DNA of 64,000 bases. It comes from Chitinophagales bacterium (GTDB lineage Bacteria > Bacteroidota > Bacteroidia > Chitinophagales > UBA10324). Below are positions 1 through 8,559 of this stretch, in pieces. The stretch is from NCBI GenBank assembly GCA_025056305.1, contig JANWWJ010000010.1, positions 3,094 to 67,093 of the forward strand, in the 5' to 3' direction. The first letter of the stretch is position 1. Every line of letters begins with the position of its first letter. Both the position numbers and the translations under genes were made by a program. The notes below the pieces were generated by a model. It saw only the letters and a program-made list of their open reading frames with translations. It did no database searches and was not told the origin of the DNA.

Positions 1-43
1 TTTTGGCCTTCAGCACATAGGGCAGTAGCCAGCAGCAAAGCAA

Positions 44-745
44 TCAGCGAAATCTTATGGTTTTCCATAAATCGGTGATTTTGTAATTCATGCTAAGCTG
101 TACCAACAGATGGCCGTCGCCGGTGCGGCCACTTCGGGGCACCTGGGCCAATATTCCCTCAGCGGTTTGCAACAAGGCCTGATGGACCAGATGGTGTTGG
201 TATGCTACTGCTATGGTCAGATCGCTACGCCACGTGAGGTTGATGTGGAAGCCTATCGCGCCGAGCACGGCTGTGGTCCAGCTAGTGGTGCGGTGGCGTG
301 CTTCCAATCGGTTGTTCAAAGTGAGGGCATCGGCAGCAAATCCTGTCATCAGGAAGGGCGCCACCCGTTGCAGCCGACGTTGAAAATAGCCGAGGATGTT
401 AAAGCCCAGGTGCAAGTCGGTTCGAAACGCCTCGTCGCTGAAGCCCCCCCGAAGCCACTCCACATACCACTCGGTGTTGAGGCGCTGTAAAACCAAAAGT
501 CGCGCCTGCAGGCCCACTCCTTGCGCAAGGTTTAAGGTGGAATCGGTGAGGGTCAAGCCTGCAGCCGTACGAATTCCCGCAGCAAACACGCCCGGGTCTG
601 TGAACTTGATCCGCAACGGTTTTTGCGCCTGAGCAGAACAAAAAAGCAGGCAGCAGAGCAACAGTCTTGCGACAGCAGGTGCAAGTTTTCGGCACAGACG
701 ATTTTGTCGCCGTTTCTGCAAAGGACCTATGTCGCTTTTTTTCAT
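44..745 (-). CDS. Hypothetical secreted / outer-membrane beta-barrel-like protein
   Basis: 233-aa ORF. Basic N-terminus, then a hydrophobic signal-like stretch (LLLCCLLFCSAQAQ), alternating amphipathic segments and an aromatic residue near the C-terminus. No family motif recognised. Confidence 0.45.
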   Translation of the reverse strand: MKKSDIGPLQKRRQNRLCRKLAPAVARLLLCCLLFCSAQAQKPLRIKFTDPGVFAAGIRTAAGLTLTDSTLNLAQGVGLQARLLVLQRLNTEWYVEWLRGGFSDEAFRTDLHLGFNILGYFQRRLQRVAPFLMTGFAADALTLNNRLEARHRTTSWTTAVLGAIGFHINLTWRSDLTIAVAYQHHLVHQALLQTAEGILAQVPRSGRTGDGHLLVQLSMNYKITDLWKTIRFR

Positions 746-859
746 ATCTCAAAAGCCAAAGGTGGGCGCCCCTTACCCTACGTAAACATTCTAACGTAAC
801 AAATCATGAAAAGTTTTTGCAAGGATTTTGGTGTCAGGGAGCCGTGCATCGAAAGCGAA

Positions 860-2908
860 TTAGTGGGCCAGCCGCCTCCAATTGCGTAACAGGATAGTCA
901 GGTCTTGAGCCGGAGTGTAATCTTTTGCATATAAGAAGTTGAGTCGTTGGATCGCTGCATCATCGAGCTGGGCTGCTTGTGGCAGCACATCCAGCGTAGA
1001 AAACACGCCCGGGCGGATGCGAGGTAGATGGGCATGACTATCCGGAGGGCCACCATAGCCCACCCACGTCAGACGGCCGCGTAAAACATCGACTATGCGG
1101 GTAAGCAGAAGGCGAGGGTGGCCAACTACCAGGGCCGTTGCTGGCAAGAAGGGCAACAGCAGCAAAGCCACAGCCAAATCCAGCCATCGCTTGCTTCGAC
1201 GTGCCGAAGGACTGTCGATGTTCAGACGTATGTCTATGGCATATAGCTCACCGCGTCGGGTGCTGCTGTTGGATCCGATGACAGTCAGCGAATCTTGTGG
1301 GACAATTTTGTATTCGAGCGAGGGTCCTAAACGGGTCATCCATTCCATGATGGCCTGCGTGCTGATGTCTTTGGCACAAAAGATCACCTCATCGGCACGA
1401 AAGACGGCTACAATATCGGCCAGCTGGTTGATGTTGCCCAGATAGCGTGGAGATGTGGCATTGCCGTTTTGTGGGGACACGTAGCCGATCAAGTCGTGAG
1501 GCACACGGGCCAGGTGAAGTAATGCGGCCACTCGATCGGCTTCCGGCTCTTCGCCTATAATGAGGGTCTTTTTGGTTGGGGCTTCTCCAAAGCGGAGGTT
1601 ACCGTATTGGATGAGGTGCAGCAGCATGCGCAGCAGCAGCGTGCTGAACGAAGCCCAGGCAAAACCAAGCAAAATCTGAGCTCGCGAAAAACGCATGGTT
1701 TCCGGCAAAAACGCGTAGATGGCGGCAATAGCCAGGGTGGCCCAAAACACTCCACGCACGGCCAGTAACGGGGAGGCTCCGCGCCGATAAGCGCCACTCA
1801 AGGCAATGCCACTGATCCAAAAAACCACATATAACGGCATTACAACGTAGGTGTATACATCCGGATAACGAAGGTTTTCTGCTGCTTTTACGTGGGTTTC
1901 CCAATAAGACTTTATGGCCAGCATACCGCCGTAAATGATGACGGCATCGCACAAGGGCAGTGCCAGCCGCCGCATCAGGCGTGCAGCAATCGAGAAAGCG
2001 GCACGCAGGTAGATGGCTAACTGCAGCAGCAACACCAGAAGGGCTGAACTATTGCTGAAATGCTTGTTTGCAAAAACAATCATGGCCTGATAGAACAAGC
2101 GCACATAATTAAGCGAACTGCGGCGCGTGCTTTCCCCTTTATAATGGATGATACGTGTAATGGGTAGATAGAAGTTTTTGTATCCGGCTTTTTGGATGCG
2201 GTACGACAGGTCGATGTCTTCCCCATACATAAAAAAAGCCTCGTCTAAATGACCGACCTTTTCCAATGCCTCGCGCCGTAGAAACATAAAGGCGCCGCTA
2301 AGCACATCCACTTCATGGATTTGGTCCGGTGATAGGTGACCGAGGTAATAGCGGTTAAACAAACCAGAACGCGGAAACAGGCGGGAAAGACCTGTGAGTT
2401 TGCAAAAGGCTACGAACGGTGTTGGAAATCCTCTTTTAGATTCAGGCAGGAAATTTCCTTTGCCGTCCAACATTTTAACACCCACAGCCCCGCATTCCGG
2501 ATGCTCTTCCATAAACATGATACATTTCTCTAATGTATCTTCCTCGATTACCGTGTCAGGATTGAGCAGCAGGATATAGCGGCCCCGGGCCAGCTTCAAA
2601 GCCTGATTGTTGGCGCGGGCAAACCCCACATTTTGATCGTTGACCAGCAGGCTTATGGAAGGGAAACGCTGGCGCAGCATGTGCACAGTGCCATCCACAG
2701 AGTGGTTGTCCACGACGATGATTTCCGCGTTGATGTTGCGGACGGCTTTTTGAACTGACAATAGAGCTTGTTCCAGAAAGAAGCGCACATTATAGCTCAC
2801 GATGATCACGGACAGGCAAACGGCATCAACTCGGTTTTCCTTTTTGCCGTCGGCCGAATGGGCTACGCTTTGGGCCAAAATCTGATGGGAAGGAGCCGAT
2901 GCCTGCAT
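860..2908 (-). CDS. Multidomain glycosyltransferase: GT2 domain + TM block + Rossmann-like linker + degenerate phosphoglycosyl (bacterial sugar) transferase-like C-terminus
   Basis: ORF 860..3004. Start moved to ATG 2908 (MQASAPS) so it clears the recR stop at 2928. GT2 motifs VIIVSYN, VVDNHSVDGT, LLLNPDT, MYGEDIDL. Then several hydrophobic helices. KKTLIIGEEPEADRV...LIGYV resembles WbaP-type EPS transferases. The tail KRWLDLAVALLLLPF ... LRGRLTWVGYGGPP ... IRPGV ... DLTILL resembles only the two ends of a sugar-transferase domain. Confidence 0.75.
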   Translation of the reverse strand: MQASAPSHQILAQSVAHSADGKKENRVDAVCLSVIIVSYNVRFFLEQALLSVQKAVRNINAEIIVVDNHSVDGTVHMLRQRFPSISLLVNDQNVGFARANNQALKLARGRYILLLNPDTVIEEDTLEKCIMFMEEHPECGAVGVKMLDGKGNFLPESKRGFPTPFVAFCKLTGLSRLFPRSGLFNRYYLGHLSPDQIHEVDVLSGAFMFLRREALEKVGHLDEAFFMYGEDIDLSYRIQKAGYKNFYLPITRIIHYKGESTRRSSLNYVRLFYQAMIVFANKHFSNSSALLVLLLQLAIYLRAAFSIAARLMRRLALPLCDAVIIYGGMLAIKSYWETHVKAAENLRYPDVYTYVVMPLYVVFWISGIALSGAYRRGASPLLAVRGVFWATLAIAAIYAFLPETMRFSRAQILLGFAWASFSTLLLRMLLHLIQYGNLRFGEAPTKKTLIIGEEPEADRVAALLHLARVPHDLIGYVSPQNGNATSPRYLGNINQLADIVAVFRADEVIFCAKDISTQAIMEWMTRLGPSLEYKIVPQDSLTVIGSNSSTRRGELYAIDIRLNIDSPSARRSKRWLDLAVALLLLPFLPATALVVGHPRLLLTRIVDVLRGRLTWVGYGGPPDSHAHLPRIRPGVFSTLDVLPQAAQLDDAAIQRLNFLYAKDYTPAQDLTILLRNWRRLAH

Positions 2909-2927
2909 GGCAAGGTGCTTAGTTTTT

Positions 2928-3536
2928 TTATTGGGGTTGATAGGGTTGGCGACCGGCCAGGCTACGGGCCAACGTAATGTCGTCGGTGTATTCCAACTCT
3001 GCACCTACGGCAATACCACGGGCAATGGTGGTAAGAGTGAGCCCCATACCTTCAAGCCGTTTGCTTAGATAAAAGGCTGTGGTATCCCCTTCTAAAGTGG
3101 GATTCAAAGCCATGATGACCTCACGTACCTTACCATTTTGGCAGCGCTGCACCAGTGTTTCAATATTAAGATGCTCAGGGCCAATGCCGTCGAGTGGGCT
3201 GATGACGCCCCCTAGCACATGATAAGTGCCGCGGTACTGTTGAGTGGATTCTATGGCCATCACCTCGCGGATGCTTTCTACCACACAGATCAACGATGCA
3301 TCGCGTGCATGATTTTGGCAAATGGCACATAACTCGTCATCGGCCAGGTTGTGGCATTGTCGGCAAAAACGGGCTTCCTGCCGTAACCGGCTTAGGGCTA
3401 AGGTGAGCTTTTCGGTAGTCTGCGGCGGTTGGCGCAGTAAAAACAAGGCCAAGCGCAAAGCGGTTTTTTTGCCTATGCCCGGAAGAAGCGTCAGGGCATC
3501 GATGGCGTCTTGCAGTAGTCGGGAATTGATGTTCAA
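2928..3536 (-). CDS. recR: Recombination protein RecR
   Basis: 202 aa. Helix-hairpin-helix LLPGIGKKTALRLA, C4 zinc finger CRQCHNLADDELCAIC, Toprim segment ICVVESIREVMAIE, length typical of RecR. Confidence 0.95.
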   Translation of the reverse strand: MNINSRLLQDAIDALTLLPGIGKKTALRLALFLLRQPPQTTEKLTLALSRLRQEARFCRQCHNLADDELCAICQNHARDASLICVVESIREVMAIESTQQYRGTYHVLGGVISPLDGIGPEHLNIETLVQRCQNGKVREVIMALNPTLEGDTTAFYLSKRLEGMGLTLTTIARGIAVGAELEYTDDITLARSLAGRQPYQPQ

Positions 3537-3573
3537 AAGCTTTAAGTCTTTCTCGGAAGCCAGCCAAACAAAT

Positions 3574-3581
3574 CAAAATTA
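3574..3581 (-). promoter_or_regulatory. Candidate Bacteroidota -7 promoter element (TAATTTTG) for recR
   Basis: Plus strand CAAAATTA is TAATTTTG on the minus strand and matches the TAnnTTTG consensus. It lies 37 nt upstream of the recR ATG. No clear -33 TTG. Confidence 0.35.
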
Positions 3582-3622
3582 GCTGTATTGCCACCTACTC
3601 GCATCGATTTAGTTGTGACTCA

Positions 3623-3630
3623 TATTTTTG
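3623..3630 (+). promoter_or_regulatory. Candidate Bacteroidota -7 promoter element (TATTTTTG) for the BNR-repeat gene
   Basis: Exact TAnnTTTG match 37 nt upstream of ATG 3668, in the divergent recR/BNR intergenic region. Confidence 0.35.
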
Positions 3631-3667
3631 TTTTAACTTTCTGAGACCTCATCCAAAAAGCTTTCCC

Positions 3668-5005
3668 ATGAAATCAAAACTTCTTACGCTAGGGTTACTG
3701 ACCTATTCGTTGATGGCTAACGCTCAATGGATTGAGCAAGCCACGGGATTTGCAAATCCTTCACGCGGAATCCATCAAATCGTGATCGTGGACAAAAGCA
3801 CAGTCTGGGCCACTGCCTACAACGGCCTCAATACCAACCAGACGGTTCGTGATTTTACGGTGACTACCAATGGAGGAACCTCTTGGAAGGCTGGTAAGGT
3901 TACGGGTCCGCCGAATAACAACAACTGGTCATGCCTGACGGCTGTGAGTGCCAACAAGGCGTGGGCAGTATTCTATAAGAACGGAGGCAATTTTTTGGGC
4001 GGCGGCTTATGGCATACCAACAATGGGGGGCAAACATGGACGCAACAGCAAGCCTTTGGCAGTTCATCGTTTCCCAACATCATCTACATGTGGGATGAAA
4101 ACAATGGCTTTGCTCAGGGGGATGCTGTAGGCGGTGAATTTGAGATATACACAACTTCCAACGGAGGTCAGACCTGGACGCTGGTGCCTGGCGCAAACAT
4201 TCCCAACCCATTGCCCAACGAATACGGACTTATCCGTGCTTTGGCGGTCAAAGGAAATACGGTGTGGTTTGGAACAACCGAAGGGCGCATCTTCAAATCA
4301 ATGGATAAAGGATATACGTGGTCCGTGATTGACCTAGGAATGCCGGGACATTATGTCGTGGAGCTCACCTTTGCCAATGAAAATACGGGCTGGGTGTTGT
4401 TGATCAATGCCACAACCAGCGAATACATCATGATGCGTACCCAAGACGGAGGCAATACGTGGGATAACGTCACCGACCCCATGCGCATACATTATGAAAT
4501 TACGCATGTGCCCAACACCGTATCCACGCTGGTAAGCAGTTGGTATGACGGTAGCACTTTATTCGGATCGGCCTATAGTCTAGATGGGGGCGACAGTTGG
4601 GTTGACATTGATCAAAATGTGCAACATCTGGATGTGGCTTTCCTAAACCACACTGTAGGTTGGAGTGGTGGTTTCAACATCGATTCGACCCAGGGGGGTA
4701 TTTATAAATACGACGGAAGCTTTCAGCCTACCGCTACCGATGTATTTGAAAGCGGAACAGAGTTCAAGGTGTACCCCAATCCAGGCAATGGGCTTTTTTA
4801 TTTTTCCTATCGAACCGATAACAACGAGCCTATTCGTATTACGGTAACAGACGTTTCGGGCAAAGTGGTTTGGGAACAGACGTATCGCAACAAAGACTTT
4901 ACCTGGTTGCGCAGTATTGATCTGCGTGACAGAGCCAACGGCGTTTATGTGCTCAGGCTGGAAAACGACGGACAGCATACCATACATAAGCTGGTCAAGA
5001 ATTAA
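3668..5005 (+). CDS. Secreted BNR/Asp-box repeat beta-propeller protein with T9SS C-terminal sorting domain
   Basis: Signal peptide MKSKLLTLGLLTYSLMANA. Six Asp-box-like repeats (TTNGGTSW, TNNGGQTW, TSNGGQTW, SMDKGYTW, TQDGGNTW, SLDGGDSW). C-terminus FKVYPNPGNGLFYFSY...VYVLRLENDG is typical of a Por secretion tail. Confidence 0.8.
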   Translation: MKSKLLTLGLLTYSLMANAQWIEQATGFANPSRGIHQIVIVDKSTVWATAYNGLNTNQTVRDFTVTTNGGTSWKAGKVTGPPNNNNWSCLTAVSANKAWAVFYKNGGNFLGGGLWHTNNGGQTWTQQQAFGSSSFPNIIYMWDENNGFAQGDAVGGEFEIYTTSNGGQTWTLVPGANIPNPLPNEYGLIRALAVKGNTVWFGTTEGRIFKSMDKGYTWSVIDLGMPGHYVVELTFANENTGWVLLINATTSEYIMMRTQDGGNTWDNVTDPMRIHYEITHVPNTVSTLVSSWYDGSTLFGSAYSLDGGDSWVDIDQNVQHLDVAFLNHTVGWSGGFNIDSTQGGIYKYDGSFQPTATDVFESGTEFKVYPNPGNGLFYFSYRTDNNEPIRITVTDVSGKVVWEQTYRNKDFTWLRSIDLRDRANGVYVLRLENDGQHTIHKLVKN

Positions 5006-5023
5006 GAAGCCCAACTGCAAAAT

Positions 5024-5063
5024 GCCACCCTATGCAGTCGCCGTGTAGGGTGGCTTTATTTTT
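5024..5063 (+). terminator. Rho-independent terminator
   Basis: GCCACCCTA (5024-5032), 13-nt loop, TAGGGTGGC (5046-5054), followed by TTTATTTTT. Lies directly after the stop at 5005. Confidence 0.8.
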
Positions 5064-5069
5064 ACCGCC

Positions 5070-5795
5070 ATGCGGCTGGATCGCTGGCTGGTAGCAAACG
5101 GCTATTTTGAGTCACGACACAAGGCCCAACAGGCCATTGCTGCAGGTCAGGTGTGGATCAACGGTAAGGCTGCGTTGGAGCCGGCACTGCCGGTTACGGC
5201 TCCAACAGAGGTTGTGGTCTTACAAGGGCCGCGTTATGTGAGTCAGGGGGGCAACAAGCTGGAGCAGGCATTGCAGCAACTGCCGCTGGATGTACGCGGC
5301 ATGTATGTACTGGATGCAGGTGCTTCTACCGGAGGCTTTACAGACTGTCTGTTGCAACATGGCGCAGCGCTTGTGTACGCGGTGGATGTTGGAACCCGTC
5401 AGCTGCATGAGCGATTACGTAGTGACCAGCGAGTTGTCGTTATGGAACAGACCGATATACGGGCCATGCCTGCTTTGCCCCAACCTGTTGATCTCGTCGT
5501 AGCAGACCTTTCTTTTATCAGTCTTACCAAGGTGCTGGATGCTTTGGTCAAACCCTTGCGAGCCGGGGGACTTTTGCTGGCGTTGATCAAACCTCAATTT
5601 GAGCAGGAGCGACACATAAGATTTAAGGGCGGCATTGTTAAGAATGCAACATTACAGCAGCAAGCTGTCGGGCGCGTTGTAGCAGCAGCTCTCCAACATG
5701 GATTACATGCCATGGCAGAAGTAGCTGTAGGTGATGGCCGCAGCCGAAATCGTGAGTTCTTTGTTCTTTTCAGATATGATGGAAAATCGAAATAA
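5070..5795 (+). CDS. tlyA: TlyA-family rRNA 2'-O-methyltransferase (hemolysin A family)
   Basis: N-terminal S4-like domain MRLDRWLV...SRHKAQQAIAAGQVWINGK. FtsJ-type SAM motif LDAGASTGGFTDCLLQHGA...VYAVDVG. Confidence 0.9.
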   Translation: MRLDRWLVANGYFESRHKAQQAIAAGQVWINGKAALEPALPVTAPTEVVVLQGPRYVSQGGNKLEQALQQLPLDVRGMYVLDAGASTGGFTDCLLQHGAALVYAVDVGTRQLHERLRSDQRVVVMEQTDIRAMPALPQPVDLVVADLSFISLTKVLDALVKPLRAGGLLLALIKPQFEQERHIRFKGGIVKNATLQQQAVGRVVAAALQHGLHAMAEVAVGDGRSRNREFFVLFRYDGKSK

Positions 5796-7113
5796 AAGCA
5801 CGGAGCAGCCTGTGGTCATCTTTTGGTTTCGGCGCGACCTGCGCCTCCACGATAACACCGGATTATACCATGCCTTGCAACAGCCGCTACCCGTGCTGCC
5901 GATCTTTATTTTCGACCGAAATATCCTGGACGATCTATCAGACCCTTATGATCGCCGTGTTGATTTCATACATCGCCAGGTAACGGAGCTGCAGCAGAAG
6001 TTGTGTGCGCTGGGCAAAAGCCTGCTGGTGTGGCACGGCCGGCCGCTGGAAGTTTTTCAGCAGCTGCTGCAGCAGTGGCAGGTAGCTCATGTGTACACCA
6101 ACCGCGATTATGAACCTTACGCACAAAAGCGCGATGCCGCTGTTGCGGATCTGCTCAAAGCGCACGGAGTGGGCTTCCATACCTATAAAGACCACGTTAT
6201 TCTTGAAGCAAATGAGGTGCTTAAAGAAGACGGAACTCCCTATGTCGTATTTACGCCTTTCAGTAAAAGGTGGAAAGAAGTTTTTCAGGAAAAAGACCTC
6301 AAGAGCTATCCTTCAGAAAAGTTCCTACCCCGTTTGCTGACTACAGAGCCCTTTCCGATTCCTAGCTTGCAGCAGTTGGGATTTCAATCCACCGATGTGG
6401 TAATTCCGCCTAAAACAGTTAGTGAAGAGCTGTTGCGCAACTATGCACGATTGCGCGATTTTCCCGCTGCGGCTGGCACCAGCCGCATGAGCGTACACTT
6501 ACGTTTTGGCACCGTCAGCATCCGTGAGCTCTTTCGCCAGGCACAACCCATAAGTCGCAAATATGTCAATGAGCTGATCTGGAGGGAATTTTATTCATAC
6601 ATCCTGCAGCATTTTCCGCGGGTAGTGACCAGCTCGTTTCGGCCAGATTTTGACGCTATTGTTTGGCGCAATCGTGCTGAAGAATTTGCAGCATGGTGTG
6701 AAGGCCGTACCGGCTTTCCCATCGTAGATGCCGGCATGCGTGAGCTCAATGCGACAGGCTATATGCACAACCGTGTACGCATGATTGTTGCCAGCTTTTT
6801 GACCAAACATTTACTCATTGACTGGAGGTGGGGCGAGGCCTATTTTGCCAGCAAGCTGCTCGACTACGAGCTTGCTTCTAACAATGGAGGATGGCAATGG
6901 GCAGCTTCCTGCGGTGTGGATGGGGCTCCTTACTTCCGCATTTTCAATCCTTATGAGCAGCAGCGTCGCTTTGATCCCAAGGGTGAGTATGTGCGCCGTT
7001 GGGTACCCGAGTTGGGTACACCGGACTATCCGCCACCCATCGTTGATCATACTCTGGCTCGGCAGCGAGCACTGCAGACGTACGCCAAATTCCTAAAGCG
7101 GATCACCCCATAA
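5776..7113 (+). CDS. phrB: Deoxyribodipyrimidine photo-lyase / cryptochrome family protein
   Basis: ORF 5731..7113. Start placed at ATG 5776 (MMENRNK), which overlaps the tlyA end by 20 nt. Motifs WFRRDLRLHDN, WREFY and GFPIVDAGMRELNATGYMHNRVRMIVASFLTKHLLIDWRWG...NNGGWQW (FAD-binding domain). Confidence 0.9.
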   Translation: MMENRNKSTEQPVVIFWFRRDLRLHDNTGLYHALQQPLPVLPIFIFDRNILDDLSDPYDRRVDFIHRQVTELQQKLCALGKSLLVWHGRPLEVFQQLLQQWQVAHVYTNRDYEPYAQKRDAAVADLLKAHGVGFHTYKDHVILEANEVLKEDGTPYVVFTPFSKRWKEVFQEKDLKSYPSEKFLPRLLTTEPFPIPSLQQLGFQSTDVVIPPKTVSEELLRNYARLRDFPAAAGTSRMSVHLRFGTVSIRELFRQAQPISRKYVNELIWREFYSYILQHFPRVVTSSFRPDFDAIVWRNRAEEFAAWCEGRTGFPIVDAGMRELNATGYMHNRVRMIVASFLTKHLLIDWRWGEAYFASKLLDYELASNNGGWQWAASCGVDGAPYFRIFNPYEQQRRFDPKGEYVRRWVPELGTPDYPPPIVDHTLARQRALQTYAKFLKRITP

Positions 7114-7125
7114 AGACGCGCAGGC

Positions 7126-8307
7126 CTATAACAATTCCAGCCACCACACACTGCCGCTTTTGGACGGGCCCACACCTTTCTGTCCTACTACGTAGATTTC
7201 ACCTGCCTCGTCTTGGCCAAAACTGTTGATGTAAAACTCTTTGTCCGCATGAATCAGTGTTACGGTATATCGTTGCCAGCTGCCTGTGGCTGCTGATTTG
7301 GACAACAAGAACACTTTTCCGGTCCAGTCGCCAAAGATGTATTTGCCTTGCCAGGCCGGTGATTTTTTGCCTCGATAGACATAGCCTCCGATAACACTGC
7401 GCCCTTCCCTATGCGAATAGACGGCAATGGGAGGTTCCAGCCGGGATTTGTTGCAATCCTTAGGGGGGTTGAAACAATCAAAACCTTCCATGATACGCCA
7501 ACCGTAGTTTCTGCCCCTTTTTATCAGGTTTACCTCTTCGAATTCATTTTGGCCGACGTCACCACAGAACAATTCGCCGGTCTGCCGGTCGAAAGAAAAG
7601 CGCCAGGGATTACGCAGGCCGTATGCCCATATTTCGGGGCGCGCTCGGGTGCCTACAAAGGGATTGTCTCGAGGTACACGGTAACCGACGGCCGTGTCCA
7701 CATCGATGCGTAAAATTTTGCCCAGCAGGTTGGTGAGGTTTTGGGCATTACCGATGGGGCCGTGCTTATCGCCGGCACCCCCCCCGTCACCCAAACCGAT
7801 GTACAGATAGCCGTCGGGCCCAAAAGCCAGTTGCCCGCCATTGTGATTGGACTCCGGCTGAGGTATTTCAAGCAGGATGCGCTCTTGCTTCAGGGCCCGA
7901 TCGGGATTTGCCGAAACCCGGAACTCGCTTAAGATGCTTCGGTGATTTATGCCTTTCCTGTTGGTGGGGGCACTGTAGTAAACGAAAAATCGGCCGTTGG
8001 TTTTGTACTGCGGATGAAAGGCCAGACCCAACAAGCCCTTTTCCGAATACATGGGATTGAGTTTATCTACTCGGTCGGTAATATCCAAAAAAGGTTCAGC
8101 CAGCAACTGGCCGTCGCGGATGATGCGAACGGTTCCCTTTTGTTCCAGGACAAAAAGGCGGTTGGACCCGTCGTTGGCTACTTCCAGCCCTATGGGGGCT
8201 TCTAATCCGGAAGCTACCAGGTGCAGGCGCGCTTTGAATGAAAGCTGCGTTTGCTGCGTGAGGCTCAAAACCAGCAGCAAAAACCAACTAAAACCAGAAA
8301 AGAGCAT
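7126..8307 (-). CDS. PQQ-dependent sugar dehydrogenase (soluble glucose/sorbosone dehydrogenase family)
   Basis: Motifs NHNGGQLAFGPDGYLYIGLGDGGGAGD, YGLRNPWRFSFD, GGYVYRG. Start moved from 8478 to ATG 8307 (MLFSGFSWFLLLVLSL signal-like). Confidence 0.85.
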   Translation of the reverse strand: MLFSGFSWFLLLVLSLTQQTQLSFKARLHLVASGLEAPIGLEVANDGSNRLFVLEQKGTVRIIRDGQLLAEPFLDITDRVDKLNPMYSEKGLLGLAFHPQYKTNGRFFVYYSAPTNRKGINHRSILSEFRVSANPDRALKQERILLEIPQPESNHNGGQLAFGPDGYLYIGLGDGGGAGDKHGPIGNAQNLTNLLGKILRIDVDTAVGYRVPRDNPFVGTRARPEIWAYGLRNPWRFSFDRQTGELFCGDVGQNEFEEVNLIKRGRNYGWRIMEGFDCFNPPKDCNKSRLEPPIAVYSHREGRSVIGGYVYRGKKSPAWQGKYIFGDWTGKVFLLSKSAATGSWQRYTVTLIHADKEFYINSFGQDEAGEIYVVGQKGVGPSKSGSVWWLELL

Positions 8308-8394
8308 GAGGGACAAGATTAAGTCTTTTCGAAAACAGCATGAAGTGCCGTGGCGCAAAAACCCCCTGGCGCTAAACAGGTAAGTGCAGGTTTC

Positions 8395-8414
8395 TGAATT
8401 CTGCATGGAATTCA
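8395..8414. promoter_or_regulatory. 7-6-7 inverted repeat TGAATTC-TGCATG-GAATTCA in a divergent promoter region
   Basis: Read directly. The arms are perfect complements. It lies between the divergent starts at 8307 (-) and 8560 (+). Confidence 0.25.
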
Positions 8415-8559
8415 TATTAGATGAAAAATATATGTTTAATATACCTGCCATTGCACTGTCGGTATCGTTTTGCTGCAACAGCGCCTTAGCGTTCTGCCAA
8501 CTGTTTTGTACAACATTATTAGCATTGCAGTTGATCTCGTTTGGCTTTCTTTGTTGATC

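Noticed and set aside
1-43. A possible start of another minus-strand gene directly after the stop at 44-46 (TTG followed by LCCWLLPYVLKAK)
   Set aside because: Only about 14 codons are visible and the start is non-ATG, which is too little to support a feature.
411-430. GGTTCGAA, a tRNA T-loop-like string
   Set aside because: The flanking bases do not form a T-stem, and no acceptor or anticodon arms can be drawn. It lies inside a CDS. I recognised no tRNA anywhere in the window.
8308-8559. N-terminal extensions of the sugar dehydrogenase ORF (to 8478) and the aminopeptidase ORF (from TTG 8470), which would overlap head to head
   Set aside because: The extensions encode no signal or domain sequence and would overlap divergently. 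Internal ATGs at 8307 and 8560 give proper signal or lipoprotein N-termini.
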